In this document: piece after piece, positions 39,594 through 49,981 of the stretch
How the letters are laid out: every line of letters begins with the position of its first letter
How positions within the stretch are numbered: position 1 is the first letter of the stretch
NCBI GenBank assembly: GCA_944355355.1
Contig: CALVQE010000001.1
Span: 69,351 to 133,350, forward strand
DNA length: 64,000 nucleotides
Direction of reading: 5' to 3'
DNA from: an uncultured Bacilli bacterium
GTDB taxonomy: Bacteria; Bacillota_I; Bacilli_A; RF39; UBA660
The notes under the pieces: generated by a model
Databases searched by the model: none
Told to the model about the DNA's origin: nothing
Seen by the model: only the letters and a program-made list of their open reading frames with translations
Position numbers and translations under genes: made by a program

Positions 39594-40031
39594 ATGAAAA
39601 AAATTAAAGAATTAAGTAAAGAAGAAATTGAATTATTAAGTTATGCAGATTTAGCTTATATGATATTAGAAGAAACAAAGAAAAAAATGAAAATCAATGA
39701 TCTCTTCCAACAAATTTGTGATATAAAAGAATTAAGTGAAGATGATTTTGTTAATCAAATTGGTGATTTCTTCGAAATTTTAACAACAGATAAAAAATTT
39801 ACCATGTTAGAAAATGGTTTTTGGGATTTAAAATCTCGTCATAGTGAAAAATTAATTGTTGAAGAAGACGACGAGTTTGAAGAAGATGTCGAAGAAACAA
39901 AAGAAGAAGATGAAACAGAAGAACCTAGCATTGATGATACCTATTATGATGAAGACGATGTTGATGATGATACCGAAAGTGATTTAAAAGATTTAGTAAT
40001 CATCGATGAAGAGGAAGAAGATTCGATGTAG
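39594..40031 (+). CDS. rpoE: RNA polymerase delta subunit
   Basis: N-terminal HARE-HTH-like domain followed by a poly-acidic C-terminal tail typical of Firmicute RpoE. Confidence 0.75.
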   Translation: MKKIKELSKEEIELLSYADLAYMILEETKKKMKINDLFQQICDIKELSEDDFVNQIGDFFEILTTDKKFTMLENGFWDLKSRHSEKLIVEEDDEFEEDVEETKEEDETEEPSIDDTYYDEDDVDDDTESDLKDLVIIDEEEEDSM

Positions 40032-40045
40032 AAGGAGCATCTACA

Positions 40046-41101
40046 ATGAAAGAAAAATTAGAAAGCATTAAAACACGTTACGAAGAACTAACAAAAGAAC
40101 TGATGGATCCAGCAGTAATGAGTGACTTTAACAAAGTCAAAAAACTATCAAAAGAACAAAGTGATCTAAAAGAGATAGTAACCAAATATGAAGAACTATG
40201 TACTTGTGAAAAAAATATTGAAGAAGCCAAAGCCTTAGTAAGTGATCCTGAATTTAAAGAAATGGCTGAATTAGAAATAGCTGAAAACACTGAAAAATTG
40301 GATACTTTAAATCATGAATTAGAAATACTTCTTATTCCTAAAGATGAAAATGATGGTAAAAACGTTATCATGGAAATTCGCGGCGCAGCTGGTGGCGATG
40401 AGGCAAATATTTTTGCCGGTGATTTATTAAGAATGTATACTTACTACGCTGAAAAGCAAGGTTGGAAAATTGAGATTGATCATCAAGTAGAAGGAGCATC
40501 TGGAGGTTTTGCTGGAGTAGAATGTACAATTAAAGGAGAAAATGTTTACAGTAAGCTAAAATATGAAAGCGGTGCCCATCGTGTTCAAAGAGTTCCTGTC
40601 ACTGAAACACAAGGACGTGTACATACCTCAACCGCGACAGTTTTAGTCATGCCAGAAGTCGAAGATGTTGATATTGATATCAAAGAAAGTGATTTAAAAA
40701 TAGACGTTTATCATTCTAGTGGAGCCGGTGGTCAATCCGTTAATACATCAAACTCAGCAGTTCGTATTACACATTTACCAACTAATACCGTGGTTACATG
40801 TCAAAATGAACGTAGTCAGCTAAAAAATAAAGATAAAGCGATGAAATTATTAAAAATAAAATTATATGATCGCTTAGAGCAAGAAAAAGAACAAGCTGTT
40901 GGTTCAGAAAGAAAAAGTAAAATTGGAACAGGTGATCGTTCAGAAAAGATTAGGACCTATAATTATCCTCAAAACCGTGTAACAGATCACCGCATTGGTT
41001 TTTCAATCATGGCATTAGACCGAGTAATGGATGGCGATTTAGAGCCTATTATTGATGCCTTAATTACTGAAGATTTAAAAAGAAAATTAGCAGGGGAATA
41101 A
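40046..41101 (+). CDS. prfA: peptide chain release factor 1
   Basis: GGQSVNT motif and the RF1-type PVT tripeptide. Confidence 0.95.
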   Translation: MKEKLESIKTRYEELTKELMDPAVMSDFNKVKKLSKEQSDLKEIVTKYEELCTCEKNIEEAKALVSDPEFKEMAELEIAENTEKLDTLNHELEILLIPKDENDGKNVIMEIRGAAGGDEANIFAGDLLRMYTYYAEKQGWKIEIDHQVEGASGGFAGVECTIKGENVYSKLKYESGAHRVQRVPVTETQGRVHTSTATVLVMPEVEDVDIDIKESDLKIDVYHSSGAGGQSVNTSNSAVRITHLPTNTVVTCQNERSQLKNKDKAMKLLKIKLYDRLEQEKEQAVGSERKSKIGTGDRSEKIRTYNYPQNRVTDHRIGFSIMALDRVMDGDLEPIIDALITEDLKRKLAGE

Positions 41102-41163
41102 CCTGTTTTTTCTAATTAAACTCAATTAAAAAATAAAATACTGTAACAATAGAAAGAGAGCAT

Positions 41164-41892
41164 ATGAAACCAGAAAATATAACCGATATAGATTGGAATC
41201 TTCTAAAACAAAAATATCCCAATCAAGAACAAGAACTTGTAGAAAAATTAGCTACCCATTATCCTGTTCAATACTTAATTGGTAATGTTGAATTTTTAAA
41301 TACAACAATTAATGTCGATGAAAGAGCTCTAATTCCACGTTTTGAAACAGAATTATTTGTAGAAAAAGTCATCGAAAAAATAAAGATAATGAACCTAGAT
41401 AACCCAAGTATTTTGGATTTAGGAACTGGAAGTGGCTGTATATCTATAGCCTTAAAAAAGAATATTGCTTGCGAAGTAACAGGAGTAGACATTTCTTTAA
41501 ACGCTATAACTTTAGCTAAAGAAAATGCCGAGCAAAATAATGTGTCCCTAATTTTTAAACAAAAAAATATGCTAACTATAAGTTATGAAGGATTTGATAT
41601 TATTGTAAGTAATCCTCCTTATGTTAGTGAAATAGAACCAGTTGGACCAGAAACAAAATATGAGCCCCAAAATGCTTTATTTGCCCCAAATCAAGGCTTA
41701 TATTTTTATGAAAAAATAATAGAAAAAATCGGTAAATTAACTAAAAAACCAAAACTAGTAGCCTTTGAAATAGGAATGACGCAAAAAGAAGCCATTAAAA
41801 ATTTAGCTCAAAAGTATTTATCTAATTGTAATATATACGGTGAAAAAGATTTGACGAATCGAGATAGATATATTTTTATAACTTTTGAATAA
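41164..41892 (+). CDS. prmC: release factor glutamine N5-methyltransferase PrmC (HemK)
   Basis: NPPY motif and SAM motif LDLGTGSGC. Follows prfA. Confidence 0.9.
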   Translation: MKPENITDIDWNLLKQKYPNQEQELVEKLATHYPVQYLIGNVEFLNTTINVDERALIPRFETELFVEKVIEKIKIMNLDNPSILDLGTGSGCISIALKKNIACEVTGVDISLNAITLAKENAEQNNVSLIFKQKNMLTISYEGFDIIVSNPPYVSEIEPVGPETKYEPQNALFAPNQGLYFYEKIIEKIGKLTKKPKLVAFEIGMTQKEAIKNLAQKYLSNCNIYGEKDLTNRDRYIFITFE

Positions 41893-41931
41893 AAAATAAA
41901 AAAATCCTCCATAAGAGATATAGGTGATAAA

Positions 41932-42438
41932 ATGAAAAAAATAATACCTATTCTCTTTGTCCTGTTTCTTATCTATGGTTTTGTAAATAAAGAAGAAATT
42001 TTAATACCGGACTATGCTATTCGCTTTCGCGTAATTGCTAATTCGAATACTTTAGAAGATCAAACTGAAAAAATGGAAATAAAAGAAGCAGTTGAAAAAG
42101 AATTAAATTCCTTAGTAAGCCAAGCAAAATCAAGCAAAGAAGCCGAAAATATTATTGAAAATAATTTAGAAAATATAAAAGAAATAATTAATCAATATAC
42201 AACAGATTATCAAATAAATTTTGGCTTAAATTACTTTCCCGAGAAAGAATATAAAGGTGTAAGGTATCCTAGTGGTGATTACGAATCCTTAGTAATTACT
42301 TTGGGAAGCGGAAACGGAGAAAATTGGTGGTGTGTCATGTTTCCTCCCTTGTGCCTACTAGAAGCAAAAGAACGGAACACAGAAGACATTCATTATACCT
42401 TCTATGTGAAAGAAGTTTTAGAAAAATACACAGGTTAG
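41932..42438 (+). CDS. spoIIR: stage II sporulation protein R (SpoIIGA-activating signal protein)
   Basis: Signal peptide. IPDYAIRFRVIANSNTLEDQ and NWWCVMFPPLC match the SpoIIR hallmarks (B. subtilis IPDQAIRLRILANSDSDQDQ and NWWCVLFPPLC). Confidence 0.85.
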   Translation: MKKIIPILFVLFLIYGFVNKEEILIPDYAIRFRVIANSNTLEDQTEKMEIKEAVEKELNSLVSQAKSSKEAENIIENNLENIKEIINQYTTDYQINFGLNYFPEKEYKGVRYPSGDYESLVITLGSGNGENWWCVMFPPLCLLEAKERNTEDIHYTFYVKEVLEKYTG

Positions 42439-42440
42439 CT

Positions 42441-42478
42441 CAGGCTAATCTTTTTTAGTGCTAAAAAGATTTTTATTT
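42441..42478 (+). terminator. intrinsic terminator after spoIIR
   Basis: AATCTTTTTagtgctAAAAAGATT followed by TTTATTTT. Confidence 0.6.
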
Positions 42479-42503
42479 TCATATATTTTGCTAGGAGAAC
42501 AAT

Positions 42504-43043
42504 ATGAAAGAACTTTTGAATATCCTACTAATTGCCATAGCTTTAAGCATGGACACATTTTCTTTATCTCTAGGCGTAGGAACCTATAATTTAACACGAA
42601 AAAAAATATTGACGATTAGTTTAGCTGTAGGTATTATGCATTTTATCATGCCTTTCTTAGGTGATTTAATAGGTGATCAAATTGTAACATTTTTTAAATT
42701 GAATAGTAACTTGTTTTTAGGTTGTATTCTTCTATTTATAGCTGTAAATCTTTTTGTTGAAATATTAAAAAAGGAAGAACCAACTGCAATAGATCTTTCC
42801 TTTTTTGGAGTTTTTCTCTTTGCTTTTGGTGTATCCATCGACGCTTTTTCAACCGGATTAGGCTTAACAGCTATAACTCAAAATAAAATCATGGCCATGT
42901 TTGTTTTCTCGGTCATAAGTTTTTTCTTCACCATGCTAGGTTTGTTAATTGGAAAATTTGCTTCACAAAAATTAGGAAAAAAAGCAACATACTTCGGTTT
43001 ATTTCTTTTAGTTACCTTAGCTATTTTCCATATCTGTAAATAA
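42504..43043 (+). CDS. mntP: MntP-family manganese efflux pump (DUF204/YwlD)
   Basis: Six TM helices and the duplicated MntP signature ALSMDTFSLS and GVSIDAFSTG. Confidence 0.75.
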   Translation: MKELLNILLIAIALSMDTFSLSLGVGTYNLTRKKILTISLAVGIMHFIMPFLGDLIGDQIVTFFKLNSNLFLGCILLFIAVNLFVEILKKEEPTAIDLSFFGVFLFAFGVSIDAFSTGLGLTAITQNKIMAMFVFSVISFFFTMLGLLIGKFASQKLGKKATYFGLFLLVTLAIFHICK

Positions 43044-43117
43044 AAGAGAAAAAAACTTTAAAAATAAAGAAAACTTTGATATAGTATAAAAGACTTAATT
43101 TAAAGGATGTGATCCAA

Positions 43118-44371
43118 ATGAAAAAAATTGTAATAAACGGTGGAAAAGAACTTTCAGGAAGTATTCCCATTTCTGGTGCCAAAAACAGTGTGGTAGCTTT
43201 AATACCAGCCTCTATTTTATGCGATGAAGAAACGACGATTTATAATGTTCCAGAAATATCTGATCGAGATGCTTTAGTTGATATTATAAAACTTTTAAAT
43301 GGTGAAGTAAAAACTACGCAAGATACAATGCATATAAATGCTCAAAACTTAAAAAATACCGTAATTAAAGAAGAACTATCAAGCAAACTTAGAGCTAGCT
43401 ATTATTTTATGGGAGCCTTACTTGGAAAATTAAAACATGTAGAAATGTATTTCCCTGGAGGATGTAAAATAGGAAATCGTAAAATTGATTTTCATTTAAA
43501 AGGCTTTGAAGCATTAGGCGCTACAGTAACAGAACAAGAAGATAGATATATTATTCATGCTGAAGAACTAAAAGGAGCACGTATTTATTTGGATTTTGCA
43601 AGCGTGGGAGCAACGATTAACATCATGCTTGCAGCCGTCAAAGCAAAAGGAACAACTATTATAAATAATGCTGCTAAAGAACCAGAAATAGTTAATATTG
43701 CCACATATCTAAATAATATGGGAGCTAAAATAAAAGGAGCTGGAACAAGCAAAATAACCATTGAAGGTGTTGACTACTTGCATAAAGCAATTATTGAAGT
43801 AATACCAGACCGTATTGAAGCGGGAACATACATTATTATAGGTTCTTTATTAGGAAAAGAATTAATAATCGAAAATGTAATTAAAGAACATTTAACTTCA
43901 CTGCTTTCTAAATTACAAGAAGTAGGAGTTAATATTGAGTTTAAAAAAAATAAGATTATCATTTCTCATCCAGATCATTTTCAACCATTTAACATTACGA
44001 CCTTAATTTTTCCTGGATTTCCAACCGATTTAGCTCAACCTATCAGTGTTTTAATGACTCAATGTGAAGGGCAAAGTATTTTAGAAGAAACAATTTACAC
44101 TAACCGAATGGGCCAAGTTGAGTACCTAAATCAAATGGGAGCAAATATAGAGGTGAATAATCAAACGGCATTTATCAAAGGAAAAACTCCGTTATATGGT
44201 ACAGATGTAGCTGCTAGCGATTTAAGAGCTGGGGCATCTTTGGTTATTGCTGGATTACTTGCTGAAGGAACAACAAAAATATCAAACATTGAATACATTT
44301 TAAGAGGTTATGAACATATTATTGAAAAATTAACAGCTGTTGGAGCTGACATTAAAATTATTGAAGAATAA
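43118..44371 (+). CDS. murA: UDP-N-acetylglucosamine 1-carboxyvinyltransferase
   Basis: MurA/EPSP fold, active-site Cys region FPGGCKIGNRKIDFH. Confidence 0.95.
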   Translation: MKKIVINGGKELSGSIPISGAKNSVVALIPASILCDEETTIYNVPEISDRDALVDIIKLLNGEVKTTQDTMHINAQNLKNTVIKEELSSKLRASYYFMGALLGKLKHVEMYFPGGCKIGNRKIDFHLKGFEALGATVTEQEDRYIIHAEELKGARIYLDFASVGATINIMLAAVKAKGTTIINNAAKEPEIVNIATYLNNMGAKIKGAGTSKITIEGVDYLHKAIIEVIPDRIEAGTYIIIGSLLGKELIIENVIKEHLTSLLSKLQEVGVNIEFKKNKIIISHPDHFQPFNITTLIFPGFPTDLAQPISVLMTQCEGQSILEETIYTNRMGQVEYLNQMGANIEVNNQTAFIKGKTPLYGTDVAASDLRAGASLVIAGLLAEGTTKISNIEYILRGYEHIIEKLTAVGADIKIIEE

Positions 44372-44416
44372 ATGAATCTTCATACCTTTCCATAGAATTT
44401 ATTAGAAGAAGAGCAT

Positions 44417-44441
44417 TTAACATTAAGACAAGAATGTCTTT
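44417..44441 (+). terminator. intrinsic terminator after murA
   Basis: AGACAagaaTGTCT followed by T10. Confidence 0.6.
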
Positions 44442-44476
44442 TTTTTTTTGTCATAAAATGAATTAGGTGATTACGC

Positions 44477-45142
44477 TTGAAAAAGAAAATACTTTTAACT
44501 GTCATAGTTGCAGCTTTCTTAACCTTTTTTATATATAAGCATGTATACCACGAAAGAATGAATATCGTTACTCTAGGAGACGGAATATCAACAGGCGAGA
44601 CAGCTTACGATGTAACAGGATATAGTTTTAATGATTACCTGCGAGATTATTATGAAGAAACAGGAACGGTAGAAGAATACATTAAAGAATTCTCTATAAA
44701 AGGAGAAACAACAGAAACCTTGAAAACCAAAATAAGTAATAACTATACCTTAGAAAGTACCAACACCAAAATTCAACAAGCAATTGCTGAAGCTAAAATC
44801 TTAACCATAGCTATTGGCATGGATGAACTTAATCAAAAAAATTTAAAATCAAAACAAATTGATCAATATATAGAAAATATGGATAAAATTTTAACTGTAA
44901 TTCGCATTTATAATAATAAAGACATCTTTCTAATAAGTCTCTATCCAACTGCCGTATTAAATAAAGAAAAAGTTCAAGAAATCAATCGGAAATTAAAAGA
45001 ATTAAGTACAAAACATCGCGTAACATATATAGATATAGAAAATATTACAGAAAATAAAGAATACTTTTTTGACTCCAATAGCTATTACTTAAATTATAAA
45101 GGGCATCGCTATATAAGTGAACAAATACAATCCTTTTTATAA
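44477..45142 (+). CDS. SGNH/GDSL-like hydrolase, membrane-anchored
   Basis: TTG start, N-terminal TM segment, GDS-like block VTLGDGIS. Confidence 0.5.
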   Translation: MKKKILLTVIVAAFLTFFIYKHVYHERMNIVTLGDGISTGETAYDVTGYSFNDYLRDYYEETGTVEEYIKEFSIKGETTETLKTKISNNYTLESTNTKIQQAIAEAKILTIAIGMDELNQKNLKSKQIDQYIENMDKILTVIRIYNNKDIFLISLYPTAVLNKEKVQEINRKLKELSTKHRVTYIDIENITENKEYFFDSNSYYLNYKGHRYISEQIQSFL

Positions 45143-45198
45143 AAAAACTTTACAAATTAATTTTTTGTGATAGAGTATAGACTCAAAAGAGGTGTACT

Positions 45199-46200
45199 AT
45201 GCCAAAAGTAAGTGTGATAATTGTTGCAAAAAACGAAGAGAAATATATAAAACAATGTTTAAATTCAGTTCTATCTAGTCAATTAAAAGATATTGAAATT
45301 ATTTTTATAGATGATCACAGTACAGATAAAACTGTTTCAATCGTTAGAAGTATTAGCCAAAAATCCATAGATATTCCTATAAGAATATTCTCCTTAGAAG
45401 ACAATTATGGATTGTCGGCTGGTCGAAATTTTGGAATGGCTAAAGCTCAAGGCGAGTATATAAGTTTTGTTGACGCAGATGATATGATCACGCCAAATAT
45501 GTTGTTAGATTATTATTGTTTAGCCAAAGCCTATCAAGTGCCAATAGTATCAGGAAACTTGTCTATAGTGGATAAAAATTATCAAGAGCTAAAACCTTCT
45601 CCAGTTACAAAAAAAACATACTTTTCTTATACAAAAAATCCAAATCATCTGCTCATTCAAAATCCAAGTTGCTGTACACGATTATGGCAACATGACTTTA
45701 TTGAAACTGAATCCTTTATAGAAGGAAAAAAATACGAAGACATTGCTTTTAGCTATCCCCTTTTAATAAAAGCACCCCATGTTCTAGAAGTGGATTCAGC
45801 TTGTTATAAATATAGAGAAACAAATGGTATTATGCGAACAACTTATATACCGAATCCAAAGATTTTAGATATTTTAGATATTATTACAAACTTAAAAGAG
45901 CATTGCTCTCGTCTAAATTTAAACGATCCTTTAAAACAAAGTGTTGAAGAATTAGCTAAAATGCATCTATTAATTATGGGAGGTATTTTAGCTGAATGGC
46001 AAGTAGATGAAGAGACCAAAAAACAACTTATGCACATTTATCACAGTTTATGTAACATAACAGTTCAAGATTATTGCAATATAAACTCACCAGTCACTCT
46101 TGCACGGACTAAAGATGCCTTAAAGCTATATCGCACTTTAAAAGCTGAAAATAAAGACGAATTAAGTCTAAAAAGAGAATTTCAAGCCCTTATTCGTTAA
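45199..46200 (+). CDS. family 2 glycosyltransferase
   Basis: VSVIIVAKNEE...IDDHSTD...DADD GT-A fold motifs. Confidence 0.85.
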   Translation: MPKVSVIIVAKNEEKYIKQCLNSVLSSQLKDIEIIFIDDHSTDKTVSIVRSISQKSIDIPIRIFSLEDNYGLSAGRNFGMAKAQGEYISFVDADDMITPNMLLDYYCLAKAYQVPIVSGNLSIVDKNYQELKPSPVTKKTYFSYTKNPNHLLIQNPSCCTRLWQHDFIETESFIEGKKYEDIAFSYPLLIKAPHVLEVDSACYKYRETNGIMRTTYIPNPKILDILDIITNLKEHCSRLNLNDPLKQSVEELAKMHLLIMGGILAEWQVDEETKKQLMHIYHSLCNITVQDYCNINSPVTLARTKDALKLYRTLKAENKDELSLKREFQALIR

Positions 46201-46301
46201 AGCAAACACTTTTTACTTGCAACCTTCAAATTTTATGATATAATACAAAAGACAGAAATTACTATATCTACAAGAGAGATATGGCGGAAGGAGTGTATAT
46301 T

Positions 46302-46511
46302 ATGAGAAATATTCATCCAGAAATGAAAGAAGTTACTGTAAAATGTGCTTGTGGAGCAACTTTCAAAACGAAATCAACAAAAGACAACATTGAAGTTGAA
46401 GTTTGCTCAGAGTGTCATCCATTCTATACAGGTAAACAAGGAAATACAGTGAAAACTGGAAAAATTGAAAAGTTTAATCGTAAATATAATATGAACAAAG
46501 AAGAAAAATAA
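46302..46511 (+). CDS. rpmE: 50S ribosomal protein L31 (zinc-binding type)
   Basis: MRNIHPE start with a GGAAGGAG RBS, zinc motifs CxC...[10 protein letters not shown]. Extended -10 promoter TTGCAA-N16-TGaTATAAT at about 46216-46250. Confidence 0.9.
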   Translation: MRNIHPEMKEVTVKCACGATFKTKSTKDNIEVEVCSECHPFYTGKQGNTVKTGKIEKFNRKYNMNKEEK

Positions 46512-46580
46512 ATCTTCTTTTTTCTTTGCCTTTTTTTCCATATTTTATTCACAAAATCAGAGTAATCTGATTTCTGGGAA

Positions 46581-47606
46581 GTGAATCAATTGAAAATAAA
46601 ATATACATTAATAAGAATAGCAAACATGGATTATAAAAAATTTTGGAAAACATTAAAGAAAATACATTTTGCTACAGGAAAAAAACGCTTTTCTTTAACA
46701 GCTGACATCATTCTTTGTGGTCTAAAATATCAAGCTGGATGTACTGATTATGCTTTATTTGAAATGTATGATATGACTAAAGAAGAACGAAAAACAGTTC
46801 TAACAAGAGGAAAGAATAATGATCTTATCAAGAAGCTAAATAATCCGCAATATAATCATATTTTTCACAATAAAAATGAATTTAATAAAAAATTTACTAA
46901 ATATCTGAATCGTGAATGGTTTTTTATAAATAACAACGAAGAACAATTTTATCATTTCTTAGAAAGACACCCAATCTTTATAGCTAAACCTATTGATTTG
47001 GAATGTGGTAAAGGAATAGAAAAAATAAATAGTACAAATCACAACAAACATGAATTATATCAAAATCTACAAGAAAACAATCAGCTTTTAATTGAAGAGG
47101 TTGCTATTCAATGTAAATCGATAAATGATCTTCATCCTTACAGCATTAATACAATTCGAATTGTCACCTTAAATCAAAAAGTCGCTGCAGCTTTTATACG
47201 AATAGGAGATCATCAGAATATTGTAGACAATTTTAACCATGATGGCCTATTAGCTCCTATAAATATTGAAACTGGAGTTATTGACTTTCCAGCTGTTAAA
47301 AAAGACGGAAGTACTTATACACATCATCCCTTAACAGCCAAAAAAATCTTAGGCTTTCAAATTCCCTGCTGGGAAGAAGCTAAAAAAATGTGTATAGAAG
47401 CAAGCAAAGTAGCGAAAGAAATAGATTATATTGGTTTTGATGTTTGTATAGGTCCAGAAAAATGCTTTTTAATTGAAGCAAATGAATTTCCAGGACACGA
47501 CTTATATGCCTTACCAGGTCATCGCAATAAAAAAGAGGGAATTCTCCCTCATTTTGAAAAAATATTAAATTCAAATCATACCAACTTTATTTCAAAAAAC
47601 CCTTAA
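46581..47606 (+). CDS. sugar-transfer-associated ATP-grasp-like protein
   Basis: 341 aa. C-terminal half resembles an ATP-grasp fold (FDVCIGPEKCFLIEANEFPG). The neighbours are cell-envelope enzymes. Confidence 0.45.
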   Translation: MNQLKIKYTLIRIANMDYKKFWKTLKKIHFATGKKRFSLTADIILCGLKYQAGCTDYALFEMYDMTKEERKTVLTRGKNNDLIKKLNNPQYNHIFHNKNEFNKKFTKYLNREWFFINNNEEQFYHFLERHPIFIAKPIDLECGKGIEKINSTNHNKHELYQNLQENNQLLIEEVAIQCKSINDLHPYSINTIRIVTLNQKVAAAFIRIGDHQNIVDNFNHDGLLAPINIETGVIDFPAVKKDGSTYTHHPLTAKKILGFQIPCWEEAKKMCIEASKVAKEIDYIGFDVCIGPEKCFLIEANEFPGHDLYALPGHRNKKEGILPHFEKILNSNHTNFISKNP

Positions 47607-48504
47607 TGATGACATCTTCAGCATCTTTTTCACTTAATCCTAAACTCATAAGTTTCGTTAATTGTTCCCCTGCAATCTTTCCAATTGTCGCCTCATGAAT
47701 AAGATTAGCTTCGGGATTTTTTGCATAAATCTCAGGAATCGCTTTTACTTGACCATTCCCTTTTATAATGGCATCACACTCCACATGAGCATAACTAGGA
47801 GCATTACCAGTAATGTCAGATATAAACTCTTGATAAGAATTTTCTGTAGCAACACTTCGACTGGTTACATGAGTACTGGCATTCTCTCCATTTAAATCAA
47901 CCTGAAAAATAGTTTTAGCATTCTGATGTCCTTCCGTTAAAATCTTTTCATTAATAACTAATATTGTATTACTCTCCAAAATACCTATCGTTTTTCTTTC
48001 TGTTGTATCAACACCCTTGATTTGTATTGTATCCATAGTCATATTAGACCCATTTTTCATATAGATTTCAGTAACAGGATTTAAAATCTTTTTGCCTTTA
48101 CCCAGACCTTCACCATAATGTTTTTCAATATATTTAACTTTAGCATTTTCCTCTAAATAAAAGCGATGAATACCGTCATGTTCTGTATCTTTATGCTCAT
48201 CATTATGCACTCCACATCCTGCCAAAATAATAACATTAGCATTTTTACCAATATGAAAATCGTTATAAACAACATCAGTCAAACCACTTTCCGTAAGGAT
48301 TACTGGAATATGAACAACACTTAATAAAGTATTTTCTTTAACATAAATGTCTATACCTTGATTACCCTCCTTAGGTATGATTTGCACAAAAGGATTAGTT
48401 TTACGATCAATACTTTTTCCATTTTTTCTAATATTATAGGCATCAGCTTTTTGAGTTTCAGAATCACTTAACTCATTAAGTAGTCTTTTATCCGCATCAT
48501 TCAT
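47587..48504 (-). CDS. sufD: SufB/SufD-family Fe-S cluster assembly protein
   Basis: SufBD beta-helix region. Translationally coupled to the upstream ABC ATPase. Confidence 0.7.
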   Translation of the reverse strand: MNDADKRLLNELSDSETQKADAYNIRKNGKSIDRKTNPFVQIIPKEGNQGIDIYVKENTLLSVVHIPVILTESGLTDVVYNDFHIGKNANVIILAGCGVHNDEHKDTEHDGIHRFYLEENAKVKYIEKHYGEGLGKGKKILNPVTEIYMKNGSNMTMDTIQIKGVDTTERKTIGILESNTILVINEKILTEGHQNAKTIFQVDLNGENASTHVTSRSVATENSYQEFISDITGNAPSYAHVECDAIIKGNGQVKAIPEIYAKNPEANLIHEATIGKIAGEQLTKLMSLGLSEKDAEDVIIKGFLK

Positions 48505-49213
48505 GTTCTAACTCCTTTCTTTGACAGCATCTTGGTTCTTGTAAAATAAGTTTTAGCATTTCCTCTTTAGAACCAACTTTTTTTAATTTTCCTTGTTCTA
48601 ATAAAACAATTTGATCGGCAATTTGTAAAATTCGTTCTTGATGAGAGATCACTAAAGTAATTCCTTGACTTTCCATTTCCAAATCTTTAAAAACTTCAGT
48701 TAAATTTTGAAAACTCCACAAATCTATTCCAGCCTCCGGTTCATCAAAAATAGCCATTTTAGGATTTCTCGCAATTACAGTAGCAATTTCAATTCTTTTT
48801 AATTCACCACCAGACAAAGAATCATTGATTTCTCGATCAACATATTCAAGTGCACATAATCCAACCTTTGATAAAATAGTACAAGCTTCTTTTTTATTTA
48901 ACTTTTTACCGGTTGCGATATTTAATAAATCAAAAACTGTGATTCCTTTAAATCGCACTGGTTGTTGAAAAGCAAACGAAATTCCTTTCTTAGCTCTCTC
49001 ATCAATACCAAGTGAAGTAATATCCTCACCATTCCAAATGATTTGTCCAGAATCAGGCTTTACAATACCCATAATAATCTTAGCTAATGTACTCTTTCCT
49101 GAACCATTTGGCCCGGTTATAACATAAAATTTTTCTTCTTCAAGAGTCAAACTAATATGGTCAAGTATTTTCTTATGATCTCTCTCAAAGCAAATATCTT
49201 TTATTTCTAACAT
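48497..49213 (-). CDS. sufC: Fe-S cluster assembly ATPase SufC
   Basis: GPNGSGKST Walker A, LSGGE signature. Confidence 0.85.
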   Translation of the reverse strand: MLEIKDICFERDHKKILDHISLTLEEEKFYVITGPNGSGKSTLAKIIMGIVKPDSGQIIWNGEDITSLGIDERAKKGISFAFQQPVRFKGITVFDLLNIATGKKLNKKEACTILSKVGLCALEYVDREINDSLSGGELKRIEIATVIARNPKMAIFDEPEAGIDLWSFQNLTEVFKDLEMESQGITLVISHQERILQIADQIVLLEQGKLKKVGSKEEMLKLILQEPRCCQRKELEHE

Positions 49214-49347
49214 ATTAAAATCCTTTCATAAAACCAATTTAAAATTGATTTCAGGTTAATTATACAAAAGCCTGACGATAACCGTCAATAATTTTGGTTT
49301 TCAAGTAACCAAAAAAAGTTTATAATAAAAAAAGAAAGAAGGAGAAT

Positions 49348-49800
49348 ATGAAAATATATATTGGAGCAGATCACCGTGGAGCAAATCTTGCCCACCAAAT
49401 CTATGATCAACTTAAACAAGAAAATAAGGAAGTTGAATACACGAGTATTCCAACGACCCAAACAGATGATTATCCTGATTTTGCATTTGATGTCTGCAAA
49501 AACGTTCAAAAGAATCCAGAAAATTTAGGAATTCTTTTATGTGGCAATGGTATAGGAATATCAATCGCTGCCAACAAGGTAAAAGGAATTCGCTGTGCTA
49601 GAGTAGTAAACGAAGAAGATGCCCATCATGCTAAAAATCACAACGGAGCAAATGTGATTGCCTTTGGAAGCCTTCCTATAGATAAAGCTATGGATGTTGT
49701 CCACACTTTTATAGATACCCCAAATCCAACAGAAGAAAGACATTTAAATCGTATAAATAAAATCATAAAATATGAACAAGGAGAATATAATGAACTATAA
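49348..49800 (+). CDS. rpiB: ribose-5-phosphate isomerase B
   Basis: MKIYIGADHRG...LLCGNGIGISIAANK RpiB/LacAB signature. Confidence 0.92.
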   Translation: MKIYIGADHRGANLAHQIYDQLKQENKEVEYTSIPTTQTDDYPDFAFDVCKNVQKNPENLGILLCGNGIGISIAANKVKGIRCARVVNEEDAHHAKNHNGANVIAFGSLPIDKAMDVVHTFIDTPNPTEERHLNRINKIIKYEQGEYNEL

Positions 49801-49969
49801 ACTATATGTCTATATTTTCTTTTCTATGCTTTCAGCCTTTGCTCTATCCGCTGTGAATTTTAATAAAATTTTAAAAGAAAATAGATATTTTGAATCGCGT
49901 ATTTTAGTTGTTTTATTAAGTCTAGTCATGGGATATATTGTAACGAATTTTATCTATGAATTTCTCTAA
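49790..49969 (+). CDS. small two-TM membrane protein (hypothetical)
   Basis: The ORF-track entry 49772-49969 is 65 aa and hydrophobic. This call is placed at 49790 (MNYKLYVY), 18 bp into that ORF. It overlaps the rpiB stop. Confidence 0.25.
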   Translation: MNYKLYVYIFFSMLSAFALSAVNFNKILKENRYFESRILVVLLSLVMGYIVTNFIYEFL

Positions 49970-49981
49970 GGAGACTATTAA

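Noticed and set aside
42234-42247. CTTTCCCGAGAAAG as a fourth Noc-binding site
   Set aside because: One core mismatch and non-A/T flanks. Could be a weak site, but the evidence is insufficient to call it.
40078-49743. ORFs 40078-40290, 41268-41492, 43774-43962, 45843-46037, 47380-47574, 47662-47895, 49285-49509 and 49561-49743
   Set aside because: Antisense to prfA, prmC, murA, the GT2 gene, the ATP-grasp gene, sufD and rpiB respectively.
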